DNA from: Octopus bimaculoides
Lineage: Eukaryota
Reading direction: 5' to 3'
Length of the DNA stretch: 58,811 nucleotides
Assembly (NCBI RefSeq): GCF_001194135.2
Contig: NC_068986.1
Location: forward strand, 110,577,084-110,635,894
Each line of letters opens with the position of its first letter. The first letter of the stretch is position 1. The notes below the pieces were generated by a model. That model was not told where the DNA came from, made no database searches, and worked only from the letters and a program-made list of their open reading frames with translations. A program made the translations under genes and the position numbers. Below, piece by piece: positions 1 through 11,680 of the stretch.

Positions 1-296
1 ATATATATATATATATATATATACATATCCCTACTCTCTCTCTCTCACTCTCTCTCTCTTTTTTTATTCATCTACCTACAACCTACCTGCATTTCTATCT
101 CTCAATGTGTATATACATAGCTATAGCTATAAAGAGAGATATATAGGAACAAATAAAGTTAAATTAATTGACAGAGAGAGAAAACGACAGATACATACAC
201 AGACACCCATATATTTTTGCATCTAAGTGTGGGCATGTATATTTGTCTGCCTCTATCTAACAATCTATCTCTGTCTGTCCCTCTCCCCCTCTCTCT

Positions 297-335
<39 letters not shown>

Positions 336-620
336 CATAATTAAATACATGATATATAAATATATGCATATATACACACACATATGTACACACCTACATA
401 TATATGTATATATACATGCATATATGGGTACAAGACACAAAAAAAACGTGAATAAAAAGAGAAACGAGAACATAAAAAACATATAAGTGAAGTGAAGACA
501 GCATGTTCTGTGTCTATCTCCTTACCTTCTTGGAGATTTTTAGGTAAAATTATACGAATATGTGCATCTGATTTAATGTAAATACATTCTATGTCTTTAT
601 GCAGCTGAGGATTGCTCTGT

Positions 621-720
621 ATTTAAATTGATGTAATGATTGCATTGTTCAATTAAATGGAGTTGCTTGAAACGATCGTACTGCATTACCTCTGGATATC
701 CTTGTTGCTTATTTTGATTT
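621..720 (+). repeat. Unclassified interspersed repeat, copy 1 (copy 2 at 45749-45848)
   Basis: Shares ATTTAAATTGATG(T)ATGATTGCATTGTTCAATTAAAT..GCTTGAAA..GTCGTACTGCAT..ATATCCT..TGCTTATTTTGA with the copy 45 kb downstream. Confidence 0.8.
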
Positions 721-1140
721 TAATCACTTTATTTTTAAATTGCAAAATGACGTACTAAATTCTGGTGACTCAACTTATGTACCATATTCATCTGAATCTA
801 AATTTTATATATACATATNNNNNNNNNNNNNNNNNNNNNNNNNNNNNNNNNNNNNNNNNNNNNNNNNNNNNNNNNNNNNNNNNNNNNNNNNNNNNNNNNN
901 NNNNNNNNNNNNNNNNNNNNNNNNNNNNNNNNNNNNNNNNNNNNNNNNNNNNNNNNNNNNNNNNNNNNNNNNNNNNNNNNNNNNNNNNNNNNNNNNNNNN
1001 NNNNNNNNNNNNNNNNNNNNNNNNNNNNNNNNNNNNNNNNNNNNNNNNNNNNNNNNNNNNNNNNNNNNNNNNNNNNNNNNNNNNNNNNNNNNNNNNNNNN
1101 NNNNNNNNNNNNNNNTTTAAATTTGAAGTATAAATATATA

Positions 1141-1543
1141 GGTACAAGTTTGGCAGTGTGGTAAGAAGCTTACTTCCCAACCGCATGGTTCTGGGTTCAG
1201 TTCCACTTCGTGTTACCTTGGATAAGTGTCTTCTACTATAGACTCGGGCCGATCAAATCCTTGTGAGGGGCTGTGATAGACGGAAACTGAAAGAAGTCCG
1301 TCGCATATACATGTGTGTGCGTGTGTGTGTATTTGTGTGTCTGCGTTTGTCTCCCCACCATCGCTTGTCAACCGATTTTGGTGTGTTTGCATCCCTGTAA
1401 CTTAGCGGTTCGGCAAAAGAGGCCGATAGAATTAGTACTAGGCTTACAATGATTAAGCCCTGGAGTAGATTTGTTCGACCAAATGGGGTGCTGCAGAATG
1501 GCGGCAGTCAAATTACTGAGACAATTAAATGAAATAGAAAGAG
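1141..1543 (+). mobile_element. tRNA-derived SINE, family A (CORE-like), near full length
   Basis: A-box-like TGGCAGTGTGGTAAG, B-box-like GGTTCAGTTCC, CORE-like ACCTTGGATAAGTGTC, internal (TG)n and a 3' GGTGCTGCAGAATGGCGGCAGTC end. Flanked by ATAAATATATA at 1130-1140 and 1549-1559 (low-complexity TSD). Related copies lie at 5690, 11545, 17620 and 18805. Confidence 0.9.
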
Positions 1544-1577
1544 CAACAATAAATATATATATATAGATATATATATA

Positions 1578-1580
<3 letters not shown>

Positions 1581-1618
<38 letters not shown>
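1581..1618 (+). repeat. (GA)n microsatellite
   Basis: Direct read. Confidence 0.95.
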
Positions 1619-1625
<7 letters not shown>

Positions 1626-1653
1626 ATGGAGTTGTTGAAGAAAACTATATCAC
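1626..1653 (+). CDS. Candidate first coding exon (MELLKKTIS, phase 1) of an unidentified gene
   Basis: gagATGG start, 28 nt, then a GTGAGT donor at 1654. In phase with the candidate exon at 2594-2627. No homology recognised. Confidence 0.3.
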
Positions 1654-2593
1654 GTGAGTTAAAAGAGTTGATCATTATAGACAGACGGTTAGAAAACTCG
1701 ACACATTTTCAGAGATATTGGCAACCGGATATGGAGTCGGCCAGAGAGAGAGAGACCAACAATCAGACAGAAAGATAGATCGAAAACAATTTGCTAACTT
1801 GCAGAATATAAAGAGATATTGATGGAAGCAGGCCTGAATAAAACACTGACATTCCTATGCATTCCTTATACAATATATTTAATAATCAAATATGCGATAG
1901 ACCTTTTTTCCTCAAATTTTCTCATTTATCTTTTTTATTTGAATATTTCAAGATAATATAAAAATGTTAATTAAATATCATTGCATTTGTCTGGCTATCG
2001 TGTCGCAAAAATTCCAATAATTCGTATTTTATGATCTGCAGTTTGTAATTAGACTGTTGATGAAATAGTTAAATCTTATCCCGGTAATAATACGTCCGCC
2101 CGCTAATCTCTCTCCTACTAAGACAGTATCTAGTAATTAAAAACAAAAAACGTACAATATCACTTTTTCTCTTTTCATTTCCGGAATAATTCTGGTGAAA
2201 TTATGACATAATCTAAGTGACTAATAAACCACGGAGAGGTAAACCAAGGATGCCTAACGAACAGAAATATATACATGATATATTTATATAAGATCATAAA
2301 ATAATACATCAAATCCAGGATGTATACCATTTCCAACAATTCGACGGTATGAAAAGAGACACTCTCGAAATACAAAGCTGGAAAATTAAACATGTATTAT
2401 TAAGCATATAGATTTACTTGGCAAAAAACATTCAAAGAAAAATCGTTGTGAAACTCGCCAATAGAAAGTCTGTGAATAAGTAATTTGTTTGCTGGAAATG
2501 TCTATATCTACGACGCTATACTTCACTATTCGCAAAATTAAACGAAAAAATAAATATTTTATTTTCGTATTCATCACCGCTTGATCACCACAG

Positions 2594-2627
2594 GAAACCG
2601 CTTTGCAGAAGCAGACGATGAAAAGCC
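2594..2627 (+). CDS. Candidate 34-nt internal exon ((R)NRFAEADDEKP)
   Basis: T-rich tract then ...accacag acceptor, GC-richer body than the flanks, GTGAGT donor at 2628. Confidence 0.35.
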
Positions 2628-2827
2628 GTGAGTGAATAAATCTTTAATAGGATATATTCCATCCATGGACATATTTTTCCATTACATATCTTTTTTTTCT
2701 TTTTCTGAAGTATTCAGTACCTTGAAGTATTTGTGCACACCACTCTTTATTATTTATATTCTCAAAAAAGTTCGGAAAACGTAAGGGGGCTATCTTGTTG
2801 CTTGTATTTTAATTCATTTGAAACATT

Positions 2828-2975
2828 CCTTATGGTTTAAATTTTGGTACAAAGCTAGAAATGTTTGTAGGAACGATACCAACACTTGACTGGTATTTTA
2901 TAATGTAGATTCCAGAAGGATGAATGAGAAAGTCTACCTCGGCGGCACTTGATCTCAGAACATTGAATGGGAAGC
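2828..2975 (-). mobile_element. SINE family B, degraded copy
   Basis: Reverse complement matches the family-B core (GTTCTGAG.TCAA..GCCGCCGAGGT.GACTTT..CATTCATCCT) and the TTTGTACCAAAATTTAAA 3' end seen in the 3025 and 11289 copies. Confidence 0.7.
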
Positions 2976-3024
2976 ATTTTTTTATGGAGTAGCGACGATT
3001 CAACCAGATCCACCGCATTGAAAA

Positions 3025-3207
3025 TTGGTTCATATTTTGGCACAAAGTTAGCAAGAAGTGGGGGAGGTATGCCCATTTCACCGACCCTAGTGCTTAACTG
3101 GTACTTATTTTATCGATCCTGAATGGATGAAAGGCAAAGTCGACCTTGGCAGAATTTGAACTCAAAACATGAAGACGGGTGAAACGATAATGTCAGCTCA
3201 CCGCCTT
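3025..3207 (-). mobile_element. SINE family B
   Basis: Reverse complement reads AAGGCGGTGAGCTGAC..GAGTTCAAATTCTGCCAAGGTCGACTTTGCCTTTCATCC..TTTGTGCCAAAATATGAA, matching the copies at 11289 and 17967. Confidence 0.85.
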
Positions 3208-3208
3208 G

Positions 3209-3269
<61 letters not shown>

Positions 3270-3340
3270 TAATAATGATAATAATAATGATAATAATAAT
3301 GATAATAACAATAATAATAACAATAATAATAATAATAATG

Positions 3341-3380
<40 letters not shown>

Positions 3381-3400
3381 CAACAACGACAACAAATACC
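3208..3400 (+). repeat. (AAT)n microsatellite with GAT/AAC variants
   Basis: Direct read. Source of the poly-N, poly-I, poly-L and poly-Y pseudo-ORFs. Confidence 0.97.
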
Positions 3401-5560
3401 AATGACATCAACAAAAGTAATAAGAAAAACAACAATAACAACGCTAACAATAACAACAACAGCAACGGCCATAATAATATTGATCTCCTTAATAATTTTA
3501 ATAATAGGTTCTCTATCAGGCCACAAATTTTCAAGGTGCGCCTCAATGAGATTGTATGACGTTGATTCAAGACACACTTCTACTTGATATGATAACGTTA
3601 ATGATATTTTCCGTCATAATAACAGACATCACTTTCTTTTATTATTACTTCAGTTCCGATACTGTTGTTGTTGTCGTTACTTTCGTGTTTTCTCTACTAT
3701 TCTGAATAGCTTTGTTGCTTATCGGAAAATCTTTGATTTCGTCTTGTTATAGGTTGATGTTTGCTCTTTCACTGTGTTTTTCATTGAAAATCGACGACCT
3801 ACAAAGGAGCTCTCTTTTTTTTAATATTTTAAAATTACAATACCCAATTCACTCCTGTAATACCACCTTTTCATTGCAAGAACTCGTGGCATTTTCTCAA
3901 TTCTGAAAAATGTCTGCACCACTGACGGTGAATGAGAAGAATTTAATAAATATACGTATATACGTATACATACATAAATACATACATACATACATANNNN
4001 NNNNNNNNNNNNNNNNNNNNNNNNNNNNNNNNNNNNNNNNNNNNNNNNNNNNNNNNNNNNNNNNNNNNNNNNNNNNNNNNNNNNNNNNNNNNNNNNNNNN
4101 NNNNNNNNNNNNNNNNNNNNNNNNNNNNNNNNNNNNNNNNNNNNNNNNNNNNNNNNNNNNNNNNNNNNNNNNNNNNNNNNNNNNNNNNNNNNNNNNNNNN
4201 NNNNNNNNNNNNNNNNNNNNNNNNNNNNNNNNNNNNNNNNNNNNNNNNNNNNNNNNNNNNNNNNNNNNNNNNNNNNNNNNNNNNNNNNNNNNNNNNNNNN
4301 NNNNNNNNNNNNNNNNNNNNNNNNNNNNNNNNNNNNNNNNNNNNNNNNNNNNNNNNNNNNNNNNNNNNNNNNNNNNNNNNNNNNNNNNNNNNNNNNNNNN
4401 NNNNNNNNNNNNNNNNNNNNNNNNNNNNNNNNNNNNNNNNNNNNNNNNNNNNNNNNNNNNNNNNNNNNNNNNNNNNNNNNNNNNNNNNNNNNNNNNNNNN
4501 NNNNNNNNNNNNNNNNNNNNNNNNNNNNNNNNNNNNNNNNNNNNNNNNNNNNNNNNNNNNNNNNNNNNNNNNNNNNNNNNNNNNNNNNNNNNNNNNNNNN
4601 NNNNNNNNNNNNNNNNNNNNNNNNNNNNNNNNNNNNNNNNNNNNNNNNNNNNNNNNNNNNNNNNNNNNNNNNNNNNNNNNNNNNNNNNNNNNNNNNNNNN
4701 NNNNNNNNNNNNNNNNNNNNNNNNNNNNNNNNNNNNNNNNNNNNNNNNNNNNNNNNNNNNNNNNNNNNNNNNNNNNNNNNNNNNNNNNNNNNNNNNNNNN
4801 NNNNNNNNNNNNNNNTATATATACATTATATTTATATTTATATACATTGTGTGTGAATGGAGTACTTTCTAAATTTATGTTTCTCAGAGAGGCTTATTTT
4901 CAACACCTCACACACACACACACATACACACACACACACACATACACATACACACACACATAGACACACACACACACCCATGTATGTGTATATTTATATA
5001 TATTTCTCTTTTCAATCTTTTGTCGTCAATGCATTCAGTCCCTCGCATTATTATATTCGTTACTGTGCTGTTCGATGTTACTTTTCAAATTGACTCATGG
5101 AAAAAAAGTGATGCGTATTTTGGGTGCCTGACGTCCAATATATATCTAGAGTCTTTCTGTTTATCTTAGAAGTTGTTGAATATCTGTTGCTTTTTTTCCA
5201 TATTTATAATTTCTTAGCATGTATCATTAAATATCATTAAAGTCTTCTCTCTAAGCGTGCGTGGTGTCGATATTTTGAGAAGTGTGCATTGTTGTAAAAG
5301 GCTACAATGAAGATACGGGTTTACTCCAAGTGAATTAGATATTGCATTCAATATTACGTGGTGATTTGAAATTTAATTAATTATTACATTAATAATGATA
5401 TTTATGTTAACGTAGTCATGTAATATATAGTTGATGTATAATTTTAAGCAAATTACTAACAACATTTCACACATGATAAATGAGGTTTGCGGAGGTGTTT
5501 AATTGAAATGAGGACTGTAGTCATTAGTGGTGCGAGTCCTTGTCCTCAAGAGGGAAAGGA

Positions 5561-5567
<7 letters not shown>

Positions 5568-5616
<49 letters not shown>
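5568..5616 (+). repeat. (GA)n microsatellite
   Basis: Direct read. Confidence 0.95.
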
Positions 5617-5620
<4 letters not shown>

Positions 5621-5689
5621 ATGCTTTACAGATTGACGGCATCGTTAAGGCTGTAGAGAAATCCAAGTGTATATTTTATGTTTAGTTTC

Positions 5690-5765
5690 TCTCATTGGCT
5701 TGCGGTCATGCTGGAGCACAGCTTTGAAGAGTTTCGTCAAACAAATCGACTCCATGACTTATCTT
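5690..5765 (-). mobile_element. SINE family A, 3' fragment
   Basis: Reverse complement ATAAGTCATGGAGTCGATTTGTTTGACG..GCTGTGCTCCAGCATGACCGC aligns to 1452-1510. Confidence 0.7.
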
Positions 5766-6378
5766 CAAGGTTTATATTTATTCTCTCAGATTTCTTTGCT
5801 AAAACACCATAAAACTGAGTAAATTGGATTCAGGAAGAGGAAGTACAATTGGACATTTGTTTATTAATCGCTTCAATTGTTTCGACACAACGCAGTTCTC
5901 CAAGAATGCAGGTAATTGATTATGCAACTGTCTGTTTGCATAATTGTACTTCCATGGGCGATATACACGTGTTGTCTCCGTTAGTTTAAACTCCTTGACT
6001 TGAAGGCCACCGTCTCTGTTTGCAGTAGCTTGAATTTGGTCATGGCTGGAACGCTCATGGTGCGAGTTGTGAGAGCGCGTTTTCCCGACTGCTATGGAGG
6101 CTGGTGTGTGACACAGGCTGGCATTGCAGTGGGATTCTCTTTTGTTTGGTTGTATTCCAGGTTTGTTCTTCATGGTTGGCTGCACGTGCGAATTTCCTAC
6201 TCTGATCTTTAATATTCATTGTTCTGATACATACACACATACGCAGACTCACACATACATTCTCATACATAAACTTAATTACATATGCCCATACAAACAT
6301 ATACACGCATTCACATATACATACATACACGTAGATGCCCATACACATGCTTATTACATACCCAAAAGTTTGGCAGTG

Positions 6379-6411
<33 letters not shown>

Positions 6412-6509
6412 CACATACATACATACATACATGCATGCATACATACACTGATCAACATGTATACTTATATATATATATATATATATATATATTTACATAC
6501 ACACTACCT

Positions 6510-6820
6510 GTGAAGGCGCATGCCTCAGTAGTTAGAGCATCGAGCTTATGATCGCGAGGTTATGAGTTCGAATCCCGGACCGGGCTGCGTGTTGTGTTCT
6601 TGAGCAAGACACTTTATTTCACGTTGCTCCAGTTCATTCATCTATACTGGTGCTAAGCTGTATCGGCCCCTTTGACTTTCCCTTGGATAACACACGTGGA
6701 GAGGGGAGGCCGGCATTGGCGAAAATGGTCTTCCATAAACAACCTTGTTCGGACTTTTGCCTGGGAGAGTAACTTTCTAGGTGCAATCACATGGCCAGTC
6801 ATGACCGAAGGGGGTCTCAG
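6510..6820 (+). mobile_element. tRNA-derived SINE, family C, full length with TSD
   Basis: A-box-like GCCTCAGTAGTTAGAGC, B box GAGTTCGAATCC, TGTGTTCTTGAGCAAGACACTT core. TSD ACACACTACCT (6499-6509) / ACACACCACCT (6821-6831). The body matches 18353-18581. Confidence 0.92.
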
Positions 6821-6909
6821 ACACACCACCTATACAACTGGGTAAATCTGAAGGTGGACGAGCTCTATACTGTACACTAACACGTTCCTTACGGAATACA
6901 ACACATACA

Positions 6910-6966
<57 letters not shown>

Positions 6967-7386
6967 GTAAAAGATTCAAAGATCGAAGTGTAGGGAGAAA
7001 GTTAGCTGCAAGTAATCCATGGTCAATATAAAAAACAACTTTCAGGAGGCACTAGTGGTTTAGTGAGACGGAAGGTTGTGGATTTTTACTTATCGAAGTA
7101 CGATAAATTGAAAAAAGTTCTTTTTATAACTCATGGTAGGCAACCAAAGTTGTCAGGTATGCGAATAAGAATACAAGAGTCAAGGAATTGAGTAGATACG
7201 ATCCTGGCTACATCTGCTTCATACCGAGTGGAAACTCATCAGGGTATTCTTCAGGCTAAGGATACCTTGATTAAATAAAAGATTACATTGTCGCAAAGAG
7301 GTATATTGTAACACACGGAAAGATCTCTTCATTATAAGATAGGTCAGATATTCTAGTAGATTTACTATTTACGATACTTTTAAGTC

Positions 7387-7413
7387 TTCTCTCTCTCTCT
7401 CTCTCTCTCTCTG

Positions 7414-7481
<68 letters not shown>

Positions 7482-7500
7482 TGCATGTATGTATGTATAT
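7387..7500 (+). repeat. Compound (CT)n-(AT)n-(TATG)n microsatellite
   Basis: Direct read. Confidence 0.95.
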
Positions 7501-7738
7501 ATATGTATTCATACGACGAGCTTCCTCTCAGTTTTCGTCCTTGGTCTAAATTAAACGACACATTATTAAGAATTATAGACCAATTAAAAAATGACTGATT
7601 CGGAACATTCATTCACAGCGATTTTAAACACCATGCCTCCAGTCACAGCGAAAATATATTATTCAGTTTTTATCACAGGATAATGCACACTCGTGCTGCT
7701 ATATCACCTGTGTTCTGTTACGATGATACATACATACA

Positions 7739-7774
<36 letters not shown>

Positions 7775-8062
7775 TATATATNNNNNNNNNNNNNNNNNNN
7801 NNNNNNNNNNNNNNNNNNNNNNNNNNNNNNNNNNNNNNNNNNNNNNNNNNNNNNNNNNNNNNNNNNNNNNNNNNNNNNNNNNNNNNNNNNNNNNNNNNNN
7901 NNNNNNNNNNNNNNNNNNNNNNNNNNNNNNNNNNNNNNNNNNNNNNNNNNNNNNNNNNNNNNNNNNNNNNNNNNNNNNNNNNNNNNNNNNNNNNNNNNNN
8001 NNNNNNNNNNNNNNNNNNNNNNNNNNNNNNNNNNNNNNNNNNNNNNNNNNNNNNNNNNNNNN

Positions 8063-8093
<31 letters not shown>

Positions 8094-8349
8094 AAACCTT
8101 ACAGTCTTCCCAAGTAAAGTAATGCCTACTGTTAAATCAAGCAGATGTAGACTATACACACACTACCCAGTCACAGTAGAATTGAACAGTCAGCATTTAG
8201 ACACATCCATATTATATATATTATGAATCTAGTAATATTAAGTTTATAGATCACAATAGTACAAAATTAATTCTAAATCTACCTCACGCTTTCTTGATCC
8301 ACAAAATATTGCTGCCATTTGTACCTCAAAACTCATCAACTGATGAACA

Positions 8350-8394
8350 CTTTACTATTCAAACCTGGCCATAATATTCTATCTGTTTTATGTT
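8350..8394 (+). mobile_element. 5' fragment of the MITE-like repeat at 13118-13305
   Basis: Shares AATATTCTA(T/C)CTGTTTTATGTTC with 13118-13140. Confidence 0.5.
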
Positions 8395-10365
8395 CTGTTG
8401 GAACTAAACACGAAACAATGCGGTTGCAAAGCGAGTTTTTTAATCACACTGTTAACAAGTAACAAGTCGGTTTATGTAGAGAGCAACAGAGGCAATTAGT
8501 TAAAATGAATTCACTGTTAGTCAGTTTCTCATTGAATTGATTATATCTCATTCTGTTTTTATTGCACGATATCGCTGAAATTACACTGAAACCCAATAAT
8601 ATGGAATGAGCTTTCATATTAATCTTGGAACGTTTATTCCCGATGTGTACATATAGCTTTAACACCTGTAGGGTTTTGCCTGCTGTCCAAAGTTACCTCT
8701 ACTTGTAATTCATACATGTCTTTTTTTACGAATACCCTACTACTATACACAACTGTTTATCCTGCATAGTTGTGTATACTCTACATACTTTTCTTTGCAT
8801 ATAACTCCACAAATGTATATTTGGATGTGCTTTAACACCGACATTAAGAGCAGGAAAGAAGGATCGGAATGAATAAGAATTGGCTACAAGTAATATGGTG
8901 GCGAAGCTGGTGTAGGTTTGAAAGAATAATATATTAAAATGCAATCGCAGCTCAACAAATCAATCTATGATATATATTATATAATATATTGAAAAGAAAG
9001 CATAGATATAATATATTTAAACATATAGCATATAAATGTATATATGAAAGTATAGCAGGAAGCCAGTCAAAACCCAGAGAAGGTAAAAGTTCATAATGCT
9101 TCAGTGTAGACGGCTGTAGTCCAGGATGATGTTAAAAAGAATTCTAGATTTTCTTCTTGTTAATTTCATTGGCTCATTAGTAAAAAAAGTCATGGGATCA
9201 ATTATAAATAGTTAATTATTATTGCTGTCCATCATATACGGCCGTTACAAATGAAGTATTTGTTTACATGCTCCTATCCACAGTTTTAACTCATGCCATT
9301 GTTTGCCTGAAGAATCGAATCTTACAAACTCCTTCATCGATTTTTATCTCCTTAATCCTTCACAAGCTTCCTATTCACTTGTGGCACATCTCCCTGAATT
9401 TGGCCTCCCACTCCATATATATCACTCTCTTTATCTTTCATTTCATTTCCTTCTCGTGATTTGCCCATATCCTAACAACACCAAGTTTTCTCTCTTCCCC
9501 CTCTCTTTCCCTTCCCCAAGTAAAATAAATAATAACTAGCAATGTTATCCTCATCGCTCATTATGACCCTAGAATTATTCTGCTAAGATTTTTGTAGACA
9601 AACTCTTCCTTATTTTGATGTAAAACATTCACTTCAGATTCTGGATTTTCCCATGCTTGCATCTACGTATCGTTTTTTCATATGGGTATTTCGAACTCAA
9701 CTAAATCTATGTTTATTATAATGGTGAAATGTTTTTTCAAAATTGCCGAAACCGCAATCATTTAAAGAGGTATCCACTGCTGAATTTATTGTATTTCAAC
9801 TGTTGAATTTCCAGGAGGACTACGTGATATTATAGCTTTCAATATTTTGACCTTTCAAGTATTACATAACGCTTGATAATGCGCTGGTGTTACATTTTTC
9901 TGCATGTGTAATGGTAGAATGAAACTTTAAGTATACTTACTCTTCAATCACATTGTGGAAGGGACCATAAAATTCTGTCTCTTCGTGGACTGTTATTTTA
10001 TATCGATAAATTAACGATTCAGTCTTGCATAGTGTCAATATCACTATTTATATATACATATATAAGTATGTTAATGTTAACAGATGTAGCGAAAAAGAGT
10101 GAACGTTAAAAACTCCAAGCCAATGTCAGTCAGTAGACCATTATTCTTTACCCAAAATGAAGAAAGAATGAAGAAAACGTCGGGCTGCGTTAGTAAAAAC
10201 GGCTGAGAGTTTTATCGCTGACGATTTTCCATGAACGCAGATGACAATATGTATGCTTGGGTAAAGAAGAGCTATGATCTGGAGTTCTGTTTAGCTTTAA
10301 TTAAGTAGGATTCAATTGGTGGTATCGAGCTTTTCATTACTCTGTTCCTGTAATAACTGCGAGCT

Positions 10366-10415
<50 letters not shown>
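10366..10415 (+). repeat. (CTA)n microsatellite
   Basis: Direct read. Confidence 0.95.
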
Positions 10416-10417
<2 letters not shown>

Positions 10418-10570
10418 ACAGAAGTACGCTTATATACGTACATATGTATATGTATGTGTATACGAGTCCGTCTTTGGAATATACATATAAAGCAGATTGC
10501 TAGATACCTGTGCATTTGTCTGTGTGTACATATACATATACATATATATATATATATCTATCTACAGACG

Positions 10571-10611
<41 letters not shown>

Positions 10612-11288
10612 TTATGAACTGTCTATATTATTTTCAGAAATATCAGTTAATCATGCTCAAAATAATTTATTTAGAAATCTCCCATTTTCTCTCATCATCG
10701 CCCTAATAGCGGATGTATTCTCTTTTATATGCCGCAGCCAGCTGTCTACGAACACAAGGGAAGACGACTCTGAAGATATTGTTTGATATGAAATTGAAAT
10801 CAATGAAATCGATTTCTATTTCCGGAACCCCGTTTTACTACATTCACAAAAGGTGCATGCATTTACTAAGGACGTTCATAAGAGCGAAATATAGGTCAAC
10901 ATATGCCAATTTCCGTTTATGTTTGAATAATATATCATATAGTTGTATCTTCAGTGAAATAGCATCGTTCTTCTATGTTCTGATACAAAATCGTATTAAT
11001 CGTACATATAACTATATCACTATATTGCAATGACTACAAACAACGGCTTAACTTCACTAGACCCTTTCATAAATGTCGTACAGATAATGCTTGTTAATAA
11101 CTGAATGATATATATCTCAATGCAGCTGAAAGACAAGATTCAATACTTTGAGATGGCTGAATAAATAAAAAGATTAGTAACCTGAGCTTCCACTAATGTT
11201 TCCCGGTTCGATTACAGTCTGGGACAATCTACGGATTCATAAATAACACATTTGAATAGTTGTCAGTGTTAATATGCTACATGTCACA

Positions 11289-11506
11289 AGCAGCGAGCTG
11301 ACGTAGACGTTAGCAGAAATGCTTGGCAAAATGCTTAGTAGCATTGGGTTCGTCTTTATATTTTGAGTTCAAATTCCACCGAGGTGAACTTTGCCTTTCA
11401 TCTTTTTGATGTCGATAAAATAATTACCTGTTAAGAGTGGGGTCAAGGTAATCGACTCATCCCCACCTCCGAAATTGCAGACCTTGTGCCAAAATTTGAA
11501 ATTTTG
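11289..11506 (+). mobile_element. SINE family B with 17-bp TSD
   Basis: GAGTTCAAATTCCACCGAGGTGAACTTTGCCTTTCATC core. TSD ATATGCTACATGTCACA (11272-11288) / ATATGGTACATGTCACA (11507-11523). Confidence 0.9.
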
Positions 11507-11544
11507 ATATGGTACATGTCACAGGTGGAGCTGTTTCGCTGAAA

Positions 11545-11680
11545 ATGAAGTTCGCTTTATAGCCACGCAGTTAGTGGTATAACCCCACTGCGTGAAGCAT
11601 TGGCCTAATGGCTTATACTTAAGCTTCAATTAACTAATGCATTATAAATGAAACCCGGCAGTAACAAAATCTGTATCGAA
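11545..11680 (+). mobile_element. Highly degraded SINE family A, 5' part
   Basis: GAAGTTCGCTTT..CCACG..CCCCACTGCGTG resembles the family-A head. Confidence 0.4.

Noticed and set aside
3025-3400. Idea that family-B SINEs are mobilised by the (TAA)n-targeting Dong element
   Set aside because: No shared 3' tail is visible, and the flanking array is (ATT)n on the SINE sense strand, opposite to the Dong tail orientation.
5799-6185. VYRPW in the minus-strand ORF, suggesting a Hey/Hes-type Groucho-binding motif
   Set aside because: The motif lies about 50 residues from the stop, and there is no bHLH or Orange domain or TEIGAF tail.
6510-6585. tRNA-like A and B boxes
   Set aside because: This is a SINE head. 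It continues into a repeat body with a TSD and does not form a full cloverleaf, so it is not a tRNA gene.
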